Assembly: GCA_006212005.1 (NCBI GenBank) | Contig: SDAZ01000001.1 | Span: 1 to 42,742, forward strand | Source: Sulfurovum sp. | Lineage (GTDB): Bacteria > Campylobacterota > Campylobacteria > Campylobacterales > Sulfurovaceae | DNA: 42,742 nt | Reading direction: 5' to 3' | Shown here: positions 21,201 through 30,400 of the stretch, piece after piece | Layout: the number at the start of each line of letters is the position of its first letter | How positions within the stretch are numbered: position 1 is the first letter of the stretch | Translations under genes and position numbers: made by a program | Notes under the pieces: generated by a model | Told to the model about the DNA's origin: nothing | Databases searched by the model: none | What the model saw: the letters and a program-made list of their open reading frames with translations, nothing else

Positions 21201-22476
21201 TGATATTCTTGATGAACCTAATCGCGTAGTTCCGAATGTAGGTCAAAATTTTGCTAATGTTTTGGATTCCATTTGGCAAGATACTAATCTTAAGGGGTTC
21301 ATAGAAGCTGTTGTTGATAAAGGATTTGAGCTTGGATCTCATATTGCTATAAAATCAGCATTTCCGGCTCTTGTAAATAGTCCCTATCTCGAAGCCTTTG
21401 CCGCGGGAGGAGTAGTTACTAGTGCATTTGCAATTGTAAAAGATTTACTAGTTGGATATGGAGTTGGAAAAGTTCTTGATGGAATCAAGGAGTTAAGTGA
21501 ATGGAGAAACGATGGTAATGATACGCTAATTGGTGGGGATGGTAGTGATGTCTATTTTGTTAATACCAATAATGATAAGGTAATAGAAAATGAACTACCA
21601 TCGGATTTTACTGACATAGATAGTGCTACTAGTCTTGATATAGACACAGTCATATTTACAGGAAATAAAGACCCTAAGTATAATGAAAAATACTATGAAA
21701 AACCAGATAATATTGAAGTTGTCATTGCAAAAGATGATGTTTGGACTCTTTCTGAAAACTTCAGTATCAAAGTAAAACCGACAGAGATTAATGATACTTA
21801 TTTGATAGGAAATGCAGGAAATAATATGCTTATAGGTGGCAACGGAGATGATATTTTAGTTGGTGGACATGGTCTTGACATTTTATTTGGTAATGGCGGT
21901 GATGATGTTCTTATCGGTGGTAAATATGATTCTATTGAACTTACTGGAATGCCGACTGAACTTACTTCATTGATAAATACATATGCTGATAAAGAAGTAC
22001 TTAGTGATCGTGACAATTCTTATCTTAGAGGTGGATATGGCAAAGATACTATGATTGGTACTGACTCAAAAGATTTTTTCTTTATTGATGTAGAGACAAT
22101 ATCTAATACGCTAAATGTGGATACAATCAATAATTTTGAGCCAAATGTAAGTCTTTTAGGATTTGAACTGCATCCTTACTATGCTGACCACCTAGTTTTT
22201 TCAGCTGATCAATTGGGGCTTAGTGGATTAACTGAAAATTATTTTCATTTAAAACATGTTAATAATATATCTACCTTTAGTTATGCTGATGATGATAAAG
22301 CTCTACCAACATTTTTAGTCGATAATGCATTAAATCGCTTATATTTTGATAGCGATGGAAATGTTGATACTGGTGATCAATTCTTGATAGCAGATTTTAA
22401 TAATGATATTAGTGGCTTATATAAAGATCAATTTACTTTTGTAAATGATTCGAATTTAGGTGTATGGGCTGTCTAG
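15262..22476 (+). CDS. Giant type I-secreted RTX protein/adhesin (N-terminal retention-like domain, Ig-like repeats, cadherin-like, VWA, degenerate lipase fold, Ca-binding RTX nonapeptides)
   Basis: Many GGxGxDxL repeats, no Sec signal, three TDVAGN-containing Ig repeats, cadherin-type DFETKSTYNFTVTATD, DLSGS MIDAS; immediately upstream of a T1SS. Confidence 0.9.
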   Translation: MGKNLEDSLVVSINGNMNKEFNIGAKTYVKVQKSNNKFKIVKKTNGELLADDVIVQKSGDDLILSYQDGSTVIFESFYKADASLELPSKDDGILTLDSSTLTNDGFIYAYGDTDTLLSMSDTSLHSSINQMLEFSELSRFAEASSVGTDASISNSSTISLGTTALSSLALVGIVVASTGGGGGSSSQTPVSVAKKNGLLLDSAVGGVDYYINGQFAGKTKSDGSFEYQDGDRVTFKIGNITLGELTQIPADGRVLPQDLAGVDRGNFTSPLVVVMARILQTLDSDGNANNGIDINDLSKLQELQNTTLDNNTDVTTLFDSGVMIVSDNSAIAHLKDTISTFMEVDRTPPTTPTASLTTDSGSSASDNITKVAGLTFNTVESGATRTFAINGGTATTTYIAPTTDGNYSVVVTDTDVAGNISTVTKTFTLDTTVPTTPTASLTTDSGSSNSDNITNVAGLTFNTVESGATRTFAINGESATSTYTAPTTDGDYSVVVTDTDVAGNISTVTKTFTFDTTVPTAPTALLTTDSGTANDNITNVAGLTFNTVESGATRTFAINGGTATTTYIAPTTDGLYSVVVTDTDVAGNVSTVTKTFTLDKTLNITSPTTGTPIAENSGASQVIYTASSDEIGSVIYGLKDGGDKSLLTIDATNGKVTLTANPDFETKSTYNFTVTATDIAGNVSEKDIVLNINDVRESSIINGTSSDDVINYPNSLNYFTINSLSGNDTITTAGENDIIRAGEGLDTVNSGAGNDIIVVVGTTSANQYTQEDITNAGDTGIDLSSVVTLADLNARVTSEVVSGESIDGGSGTNRLIIYGNVDLSAVNLANVTQIQVNSTLSLTAQQLNALPINLLFGDGESTLNITNSGTDPISVDLSGKNLSDFKTINIAQGVTLISDQSDIDSLHYIIGDGILQASTTTTTLNLAGKYISLDVKDKDGVSDATHGGGIYVEGDILIGSESSDTLTGSTLSDRIEGGAGDDNLVGGDGNDIIRGGVGVDTMDGGAGDDRFVVVGDISGGGKIDSAEDTDALGFPLTNLNGKDLNEDENGAVEIIRGGDGDDTLYVYGTADLSHYDITGIEHIEIRSHVTFNSEWLKKVKSITGDGSSTIVLEGGSPSDPLVIDLTALDSVNLKDIGEIFVGENVILKIDTLGDLGGARILSGEGAIKTTADTLDLVDYTRTKGLDILNSTGGSISGGEILDKVITDKSNFVFGTNGDDYIIGKDTSEMFHTGAGNDVISGKAGDDVFFIDDNGTKIIIDSAGVDELNLSKLSVGANVNLVDGGTAGTTNILLGSGSSTASKVPLDLFITEDLSGSFGDDVSTVRSLLDNLITQIKTIQPDTRFGAGSFVDKPKYPFGDAGDGDYVYRTDSALSSDESKVKQAFDNMVVLSGSDWEESQLEALYQIALRTIKDDSTSTTGDDEIAFRASAMRFVVLATDAPYHLQGDNASAGVNNGDTILDGTPAGSGEDYPSVAKVKEALEKANIYPVFAVTGGNEGTYSDLVSQLGRGDVVNLSWDSSNLINSITTSIKDYKVDFIEDLAGTNYNDTLTGNSLGNRINGGDGDDIIAGMGGNDLIYGGLGNDIAIFRGLESEYEIKAQDDNIIMKGISGEALKDGTDIVSRSVEKIGFSNGAIVKDTSSIGEETLVKASEIFEQYGKFTIMADMARVAKEDFDDISSSSAKLANIEGMKTIHIDGEKDGLKSLVTVTSDALFVSFDAKSNPKETYNKNKDFFDNLNSYINNHPEVTQVYVGGHGYGGGVAEHYLKDNSSSKFNGILFGTTSDLDTSIENENVIQIEYAKDDRTVPKLGNVINIVNTAPDGLWDTGKNIYDDAVLKKYHSMELYLATAYFFDSEDGYIYSVKDGVLNFNVNLDTMSIGIENDEITLASAIDILSESVQVIINSTFLPSAYGATTSAIKTLALVSSYIYNKSADAVYIYGGKGNDTIIGSDYSDNIFGGNGNDYLAGRLGPDKIYGGDGNDILDEPNRVVPNVGQNFANVLDSIWQDTNLKGFIEAVVDKGFELGSHIAIKSAFPALVNSPYLEAFAAGGVVTSAFAIVKDLLVGYGVGKVLDGIKELSEWRNDGNDTLIGGDGSDVYFVNTNNDKVIENELPSDFTDIDSATSLDIDTVIFTGNKDPKYNEKYYEKPDNIEVVIAKDDVWTLSENFSIKVKPTEINDTYLIGNAGNNMLIGGNGDDILVGGHGLDILFGNGGDDVLIGGKYDSIELTGMPTELTSLINTYADKEVLSDRDNSYLRGGYGKDTMIGTDSKDFFFIDVETISNTLNVDTINNFEPNVSLLGFELHPYYADHLVFSADQLGLSGLTENYFHLKHVNNISTFSYADDDKALPTFLVDNALNRLYFDSDGNVDTGDQFLIADFNNDISGLYKDQFTFVNDSNLGVWAV
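16306..17060 (+). repeat. Three tandem ~255-bp intragenic repeats encoding ~85-aa Ig-like domains
   Basis: Units start at 16306, 16561 and 16816 with long identical stretches (e.g. GTTGCTGGATTGACATTTAATACAGTTGAGAGTGGAGCAACACGAACATTTGCAATCAATGGTG in all three). Confidence 0.93.
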
Positions 22477-22492
22477 CTATGTCATCTAAAAC

Positions 22493-22527
22493 AAATTTTC
22501 CCTCTCCTCATCCGAGGGGGGAAATTT
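22493..22527 (+). terminator. Stem-loop after the RTX gene (probable terminator or mRNA stabiliser)
   Basis: AAATTTTCCCTCTC-CTCATCC-GAGGGGGGAAATTT, a 14-bp stem with two G-U pairs, 17 nt after the stop. Confidence 0.65.
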
Positions 22528-22736
22528 AACCCTTTAATTTTAAAAACATCTACTTTATGTATAATTATCATCCATATATTTTTAACCTAAAAATATTAAC
22601 TAAAGTGTGATACAAAGCTAAAATATTATAAAATGTTATGGTTAAAAAGAAATATAGAGAGATAGATATTTTTAAAGTTAATCTTTAATTTTAATTTTAA
22701 TATAATAAAACAACTATTTATGTAAGGAAAAATATC

Positions 22737-24014
22737 GTGAGAAGTTTTATCATTTTTATGATTGTTATCGCCTTAGCAAACTCGAAGACAAAGATACCAG
22801 CAAATGGGGCAAAAGTTTTAACACCTCTTGTTGCAAAAGAGTGCAATCAAAAAGTTTCATCACTTTTGGGAGTGGTACTTGAGTCTCACCCTTCTATTGC
22901 TATGTCGCAAGAGATTGTCAATGGCAATAAGGCGGGGCTTGAGGGTGCAAAGTGGAGTTATTATCCGACTCCATCGGTTGATATGTCTCAAACTTCTAAA
23001 AATACACAGATGACATTTAGGATAGACCAACCTTTATGGACGGGTGGGAAGTTGGATGCAGGATACGATATCGCCTCTTCTCGTGTAGATGAATCGACGG
23101 TTGCGTTGGATGAGAGTAGATATAAGTTGATTGACAATTTTTTAAATATTTTACAAACAAATCTACAATCAAAGGCACAAATAAAAGCTCTAAGTGATGG
23201 AAAAGCTGACCTTGAACGATTAGGGGCTATGCTTGAGAGACGCATTCGTGCTGGAGTTTCTGCTCCAAATGATAGAGAACTTTTGGATTCTCGGGTGAAC
23301 TCTATCGACGCTGACCTTGATGCTGCAAAAAATCGTTATCGTATTTCTAAGATGCAGTTGGAGTTATTGATGAGTAAAAAGTTGGATTGTGGTATCGATA
23401 CGAGTGATAAACTTCATTCGTTTGACAATCTTGAACCTATCGCCCATAAGATGTTGGAGGTGAATCCTGCTTTGAAAAAACTAGATACGCAAATCGCCAC
23501 TTCTGGGTTTGAACTAGATAAAGCAAAAGCCTCTTTGTATCCAAATATCTCGCTTCGAGCAGAGAGACGACAAGGTTCGCTTTATAGTAGTGATTTTAAT
23601 ACAAATGAGAATCTAGTATATATCGCCGTGAGTGCATCAAGTGGAGCTGGGCTTTCTTATCTATCAACCGTTGATGCACAAAAGAGTAAGATAGCTCAAA
23701 TCCAACTCGAAAAACAGACAAAATCCAAAGAGCTTTTGGATAGTTTGATGAGTGACCATAACAATTATAGTATGTCCACTTCAAAGATAAAGAGTTTAAA
23801 ACAGGCGATAGTTTCAGGTAAAAAGGTTCAAGAGTCGTTTCATAGGCTCTTTTTGGCAAGTCGTAAACAGTGGCTTGACCTTGTAAATGCCTCTAAAGAG
23901 GTGATGCAAAATGAGATTGAACTGTCAAATCAACAAACCATTCAAACAATCTCAAGATACAAACTTGCACTTAAAAATGGAAATATAAATTTAAATACAG
24001 GAATGATAGAGTGA
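22737..24014 (+). CDS. T1SS outer-membrane TolC-family protein (LapE-like)
   Basis: Signal-like N-terminus, YYPTPS, QPLWTGG and KQWLDLVNA motifs; first gene of the ABC/HlyD trio. Confidence 0.88.
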   Translation: MRSFIIFMIVIALANSKTKIPANGAKVLTPLVAKECNQKVSSLLGVVLESHPSIAMSQEIVNGNKAGLEGAKWSYYPTPSVDMSQTSKNTQMTFRIDQPLWTGGKLDAGYDIASSRVDESTVALDESRYKLIDNFLNILQTNLQSKAQIKALSDGKADLERLGAMLERRIRAGVSAPNDRELLDSRVNSIDADLDAAKNRYRISKMQLELLMSKKLDCGIDTSDKLHSFDNLEPIAHKMLEVNPALKKLDTQIATSGFELDKAKASLYPNISLRAERRQGSLYSSDFNTNENLVYIAVSASSGAGLSYLSTVDAQKSKIAQIQLEKQTKSKELLDSLMSDHNNYSMSTSKIKSLKQAIVSGKKVQESFHRLFLASRKQWLDLVNASKEVMQNEIELSNQQTIQTISRYKLALKNGNINLNTGMIE

Positions 24015-26128
24015 TATATAAAGATTTAACTAAAGCACAAAACGATTTTCAGTGGCTATTTACTGGCTCATTTTTAAATAATTTAACTCAATTTCAGATA
24101 GATTCATATCAATATAATAAATTACTTCATAAGTTAAAAAGTATAGATGATAAGTTAATACTCTCAATAGTAAGTAGTGGTATGAGAGAGGTAGGTATCA
24201 AAGAGCTATCTTTTTCAAGTACTATTTCTTCCTCTACGATGCCACTTTTGGCTCTTATCCCAAATGATGGAATGGCGATAATTATGGAGTATTTGCCAGA
24301 GGGGTTATATAAATGTGATACGCCTGATGGGTTAAAATACATACGAGAGTTTCATAAAGATACACTTTTTGCTCCGATAAAATTGGGTTCAAAAGGTGGT
24401 AAAGTTCCAACTGCCAAAAAGATGTTTAAAGATATCGCACTAACGCAAAAAACTTATATAATGTACGCTGCAATTGCGTCGATTAGTATCAATCTTTTTG
24501 CTCTTGCTACCTCTTTATATAGTATGCAAGTTTATGACCGAGTTATCGCTACCAATGGGATTTCTACTCTTGTGGCTCTTTCTGTTGGGGTTTTTATTGC
24601 GATATTTTTGGAGTTTATTATCAAGATTTCTAGGTCTAGTATCTTAGATTATGCCACTAGAAATATGGATATCGAGTACTCACACAATATATTTGAGAGA
24701 TTTCTAAAAGTTAGAAGTGATGCATTGCCAAAAAGTATCGGTACGCTTTCTAGTCAACTTCAAGGTTACGCATCGGTGAGGGGTTTTATCTCATCGGCTG
24801 CATTGTATCTCATCGTAGATGCACCATTTTCTTTGATGTTTTTAGGTGCGATTATACTTTTGGGTGGCTTTGTGATGGGTGGGATTGTGATGATATTTCT
24901 GATTATCTCAATTATCATGGGTGTGATGTTTAGAAAAAAGATAGAAAATCTTTCAAAAACATCTTCTATGGCATCTCATAAAAAGTTGGGACTTCTTGTT
25001 GAAACGGTTGAAAATGCAGAGAGTATAAAAAGTACAGGAGCTACGAGTAGCGTGTTAAATCGATGGAATGCTTTAACTCAAGATGCGATAGATGATGATA
25101 TTGAGATAAAGCACTATACGGAGATTTCAACTTATCTAACTGCTTTTTTTCAACAGATAAGTTATATCACACTTGTTGCTACGGGAGCGTATATGATTGC
25201 AACCACACCTGAAAATATGTCTATGGGTGCTTTGATTGCGGTGACTATCCTTTCAGGTAGGGTTCTTTCTCCTGTTGCGATGATTCCAAATCTTTTTGTA
25301 CAATGGGGAAGAGCAAAGATGGCGATTAACGATTTGGAAAATGTTTATAAACTCTCAAGTGATAATGATGGTATTGATAGACCTCTAACGCCTTATCTTG
25401 ATAATGTTAATATCGGGATTCACGGAATGCAGTTTAACTATATCCAAGAGAGACCTGCGATAAATATTCCAAATTTAACTATTCAAGAGGGAGAGAAGAT
25501 TGCAATTTTAGGAACGATAGGCTCTGGAAAATCGACATTTCTAAAACTTCTTTCTGGACTTTACGCTCCAACACAAGGGGTAGTTTATGTCAATAATATA
25601 GATATGCAACAGATTTCAAGAGATACACTAAATAGCAAAATAGGATATCTTCCACAGTTTATCAAACTCTCTGCTGGAACACTTAGGGATAATCTTACGA
25701 TGGGGCTTATCGGTATTAGTGATGAGAAGATTATGGAAGTTGCAAAACTTACAGGGCTTATCTCTATCATCAATAATCTACCACAAGGGTTAGATAGCAT
25801 GATTCCAGAGGGTGGGAGCAGTGTTTCTGGTGGACAAAAACAGATTATCGGAATTACTAGAATGGTGCTTTCAAATCCTAAAGTTTGGCTTCTTGATGAG
25901 CCAACAGCGAGTATGGATGATTATACCGAAAGAGTTGTTATCAATCTTTTAGCCAACCAGATGAATACAACTAAAACACTTGTTATCGTTACCCATAAGC
26001 CTATTTTGTTGGGTCTTGTTAATCGAATTATCGTTCTTACACCACAAGGTATAGCGATGGATGGGCCAAGAGACAGTGTTTTAGAGCAACTTAAAAATAG
26101 AAATAAACCACAACAACCAAGAAGATAA
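24011..26128 (+). CDS. T1SS ABC transporter permease/ATPase (HlyB/LssB/LapB-like)
   Basis: MQVYDRV, TM domain, GTIGSGKST, VSGGQKQ, WLLDEPTASMD and VTH motifs; the N-terminal extension lacks an obvious C39 catalytic motif. Confidence 0.93.
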   Translation: MIYKDLTKAQNDFQWLFTGSFLNNLTQFQIDSYQYNKLLHKLKSIDDKLILSIVSSGMREVGIKELSFSSTISSSTMPLLALIPNDGMAIIMEYLPEGLYKCDTPDGLKYIREFHKDTLFAPIKLGSKGGKVPTAKKMFKDIALTQKTYIMYAAIASISINLFALATSLYSMQVYDRVIATNGISTLVALSVGVFIAIFLEFIIKISRSSILDYATRNMDIEYSHNIFERFLKVRSDALPKSIGTLSSQLQGYASVRGFISSAALYLIVDAPFSLMFLGAIILLGGFVMGGIVMIFLIISIIMGVMFRKKIENLSKTSSMASHKKLGLLVETVENAESIKSTGATSSVLNRWNALTQDAIDDDIEIKHYTEISTYLTAFFQQISYITLVATGAYMIATTPENMSMGALIAVTILSGRVLSPVAMIPNLFVQWGRAKMAINDLENVYKLSSDNDGIDRPLTPYLDNVNIGIHGMQFNYIQERPAINIPNLTIQEGEKIAILGTIGSGKSTFLKLLSGLYAPTQGVVYVNNIDMQQISRDTLNSKIGYLPQFIKLSAGTLRDNLTMGLIGISDEKIMEVAKLTGLISIINNLPQGLDSMIPEGGSSVSGGQKQIIGITRMVLSNPKVWLLDEPTASMDDYTERVVINLLANQMNTTKTLVIVTHKPILLGLVNRIIVLTPQGIAMDGPRDSVLEQLKNRNKPQQPRR

Positions 26129-26139
26129 AAGGAGAAAAA

Positions 26140-27309
26140 ATGAGCAGTAGATTACCTTATAAACCAGCGATAAATCCATTGATGATGATTTTTGGTTCAC
26201 TATTTTTAGTGATTATTCCATTTGTAACATGGGCGTCATTTGCCGAAATTGACCAAATTTCCCATGCACAAGGTTCTGTTATCGCCACCGCTAAAACCCA
26301 AGAGATACAATCTTCTATCGATGGAGTTATCGAAAAAGTAACCGTAAAAGAGGGTGATAGTGTGAAAAAAGGGGATATTATCGTCATGCTTGATAAAGCT
26401 CAAAATAAAGTAGCACATGAAGCTAGTTTTTCAAAAGTTGCCTCTTTAGATGCCACATTTTCAAGACTTAAAGCTGAAGTTTATGGCAAAGAGTTAGAGT
26501 TTTCTCCTCGTGTTGAGAAAAATTTTCCAGATTTTATTGAGTCTCAACGAGAGCTTTATCGACTTAGAAAATTGGCTCTTAATGATGAGATATCTTCTTT
26601 GCAAGATTCTGTGCAATTATCTCAAAATGAGTTAAATATGAATATGCCTTTGGTTGCTTCAGGAGATATCGGTAAGGTTGAAGTTATCAAGCTTCAAAGA
26701 CAGATTGCAGACCTCAAAGGTCAGATTCTCAATAAAAAAAATAAGTATTTTCAAGATGCACAAACGGAGATGACCAAAGTTGAAGAGGAGCTTTCTACAA
26801 GAGAGCAGGAGTTGGCAGATAAAAATATTACACTTGAAAAATCAACCATCAACTCTCCTATGAATGCAATTGTTAAAAATATCCTTATCACAACAGAGGG
26901 TGCAAGAGTGCGACCTGGGGATTTGATACTTGAACTTGTTCCTGTAGGTGATGAACTTATTATCGAAGCTAAACTTCAACCTTCCGATATATCATTTATC
27001 CATAAAGGTCAACTCGCAGCGATTAAGTTGGATGCGTATGATTATAGTATTTATGGGATTTTTCATGGTACGGTGAAATATATCAGCCCCGATTCTATCA
27101 TTGAAAAAACACCTCAAGGCGATAAACCTTACTTTAGAGTTCAAATTGCAATTGATAAAAAATCGTTAAAGTCTAAAACGGATAAAAAGATTGAAATTAG
27201 TACGGGTATGACGGCACAAATTGATATTATCACAGGACGGCGAACGGTTTTAGATTATCTATCTAAACCTGTTATGAAGACTTTTGGTCAGGCTTTCCAC
27301 GAGAGATAA
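26140..27309 (+). CDS. T1SS membrane fusion protein (HlyD family)
   Basis: TM-WASFAEIDQ, VKEGDSVKKGD, KLDAYDYSIYG, GMTAQIDIITGRRTVLDYL and terminal HER motifs. Confidence 0.93.
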   Translation: MSSRLPYKPAINPLMMIFGSLFLVIIPFVTWASFAEIDQISHAQGSVIATAKTQEIQSSIDGVIEKVTVKEGDSVKKGDIIVMLDKAQNKVAHEASFSKVASLDATFSRLKAEVYGKELEFSPRVEKNFPDFIESQRELYRLRKLALNDEISSLQDSVQLSQNELNMNMPLVASGDIGKVEVIKLQRQIADLKGQILNKKNKYFQDAQTEMTKVEEELSTREQELADKNITLEKSTINSPMNAIVKNILITTEGARVRPGDLILELVPVGDELIIEAKLQPSDISFIHKGQLAAIKLDAYDYSIYGIFHGTVKYISPDSIIEKTPQGDKPYFRVQIAIDKKSLKSKTDKKIEISTGMTAQIDIITGRRTVLDYLSKPVMKTFGQAFHER

Positions 27310-27315
27310 TTTTTC

Positions 27316-27341
27316 ATGGGCAATCTCTCCTAATTGCCCAT
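27316..27341 (+). terminator. Stem-loop after the T1SS operon
   Basis: ATGGGCAAT-CTCTCCTA-ATTGCCCAT, a perfect 9-bp stem just after the hlyD-like stop. Confidence 0.6.
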
Positions 27342-27455
27342 ATACCTTAATAAAATATAAAATAATAAATCTATAAAATTTGTTTTAAACTTCCATAAAG
27401 TAATATAATAGTAATATTAGTTAATTATTTTAAAAATAAATTTTAAGGATATATT

Positions 27456-30400
27456 ATGAAAAATCTATTTTGGAGACTTTTTTTACTCTTTTTTACACTT
27501 TTTAGCTCTTTAGTTTATGGTGATGGAGATATCCCAACTTGTGATGTAAAAGCAGATATTTGGTATGCAAATGATGAGTCTGGAAGCATTAATGCGACTG
27601 AATTTTCTCAATCAAAAATATTTTTAAATGAGATAGCAAAAAGATTTAGATACAGTGCTGACGATGGAGTTCAATCTTCGCTTATTGGTTGGGGTGGATA
27701 TGACCTAATATTTGATGCTTGGTTTGATTATTATCAGAAAGAGAAGATAGATTATAAGATGAGAATCAATCTAACTTCAGATTATAAAAATCAACTCCTC
27801 TCCTATAATGAGAAGTTAGATACAGGTACTGAACCACATAGTGTAACGGATTATGTAGCAACGCTCATCGAAAATAAAACAGGAAGAGCTGACGCTGCTC
27901 AAGTTATGGTACTTTTGACAGATGCTAATAGCAATCAGATATTAGAAAGTTGGGTTGATGCGGCCAATAGATTTAGAGCAAATACTACAAATTCTAAAAT
28001 CGTGGTTGTACTTATCGCTGAAGCCGCAACGGCTTATAATACTAACTCTGCTAAAAAAAGTATTGTTGATAGGGTTATAGGTGAAAATGGTTTAGTTATA
28101 GTAACCGATAGTTATGCTAATATTGTTGACCCTGCAAATGACCATATTAAAGATGTTTCCACTGCGATATGTGAAGCTTCTAAACAAAAAGATTTTGGAG
28201 ATGCGTTTGGATATTCGGAACCATCTCAAGCAGTAAGTTCAAATAAAAATGTATTTATAGGCAATACAGTAGATGGAGAGACAATGGCTTATGTTTCAGG
28301 CAACGCTTCAGGAGATGACAACAATGGTACGGATGATGAAGATGGTTTAGCAACAGCTCAAACATTGGTAGCTGGACAACCTTACGCTTTAAATCTTAAA
28401 GTTACCAATAAAGTTCAAGATGGTGGTGATTTTTGGTCAAAGATATATGCTTGGATAGATTTTAATGGAGATAAGATTTTTCAATCAGAAGAGGCAAATA
28501 CGGATGATATTCTTGTAAATGAGGGTGCGATAAATAAGCCTGTAACGCTTCATTGGAATGTTCCAGCAAATGTACAAGGTGGCAATACTATTATGCGTTT
28601 AAGGTTTGCTAGATGTGCTAATAGAGGAAATCCTGATAACGATTGTCCTTACGAAGGTGAAATCGAAGACCATTTAGTTGGTATCAATGGAACTCAATCT
28701 CTTTTTAATATAGAGCGAACAAATAGTGTAAAAAATGCTAAAGATTATAATCTTTATACACAGATTGGGGGACGAGATTTTGATTATTCTTTAGTATCTT
28801 ATGCTGATGAGTCATTTAGTGCAGAAAAAGTGATATCTGATACGACTGTAAAAGTTGAACTTGTTGATTTTGGGGCAAATGAAGCAGTACTGTATAGTCG
28901 ATATATTTATATTCCAACTGGAAATAAAGCTGGAAGAATCGATGTTATAAATGCAGAAGATTTGAAAAATATAAGAGCAACTAAGGAGGCTAAATTTAGA
29001 ATCTCATATCCAAAAAATGCACAAGGGTATATCATCAATGGTGATTTTAGTACAGATGCACAATTTACTCCCTTAATCAAAGAGATAAGTTATTCTAAAG
29101 ACTCTTTTGCGATTCGTCCTGCTGGATTTGTAGTTGATATAGTCGATGGTACAACAAAATTAAAAGACAATAGTTCTATTGATGCTCTTCGTTTGACTTC
29201 TGGGTATAAATATAACTTAAATGTAAAAGCGATAAATATTGCTGGAGTGGCTACAGCTAATTATAATACTACCGTTACAGATTCTTCTTTAGCTTTCAAT
29301 GATTCAACTAGTTGTAGTCTGAAAGATAGTTATCCTTTGAATATTGATTTTATATCTGGCAATGGAACGCCTAAAGAGTTAAAAAGTGCAAATAGTGGAA
29401 AATATAAAATTAAATTGAAAGATAAAGCTTGGACACAAATAGATAGTGCAGGGGGATGTATCGCAAATTCATCGCTGATTTCAGCCAATGGAAATACGCT
29501 TAGTGGTTGTGATATAAGCAGTGACTTTTTAAATAATAATGTAACTTATAAAGATAATGATATTACATTTTATCCTTATAAATTTGATGCTTCAAATTTT
29601 AACGCTATCAATGAAAATGGCTCTACACATAGTGACTTTTTATATATGAATGATGTGAGTGTTGATGAGAAAATGGCATTAAATATTTCTGGTAAAGTTA
29701 TAGCTAAAAATTATGAAAATGAGACCACAACCAATTTTACAGCAGGGTGTAGCAATGAAGATGTAACGATTAAACTTAAATATAGTGGGGAGAGTGACGC
29801 AGGAGTATTTGGTAATGTAAATGGAACAACGATTGCTGAAGTTATCAAGAGTATCAAAAAATCAACTTTGCTTTATTTTACAAATAAATATACTATAAAT
29901 TCTAAAGTAAGTACTCAAAATGGTCTCTCAACGGATATTGTCGTTAACGCTGAAGATATAAAAAATGGTGAGATGGATGTCAAAATGCTCTATAACATCG
30001 CTAGAACAACAGATGATGAGATAAATCCTGTAAAAGTGGCATTGAAATCTTTAGATGTGAGTTCTCCAACAAGTAGTTCTACTTCTGACAATACACTCCA
30101 AGAGCCAATCGGAAGTAAGATATTTGATAATGTTGAGAAGACATTTTATTATGCAAGGATTTTTCCTAACCAAATTATTTACCCTGTAACTTATGATGGA
30201 AGTGAAGAAACACCTCTATATGCAGAGATATTTTGTCTTAAAGATAGTGCTTTTTGTTCTCGGATGATGGGAACAAATGGATTGAATGGTGCTAGAACGC
30301 AATTGGGTTGGTATGGTTCGATAAATCATGATAGTAGTGTAGATGGTAAAGTTTTAGAGATTAAAAAAACTGCACTCAATTCGGATATGGTAAGTATCGT

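Noticed and set aside
27316-27345. Hairpin as a third REP copy
   Set aside because: The stem is GGGCAAT/ATTGCCC with a longer loop and no adjacent GTAG; treated as a terminator-like hairpin
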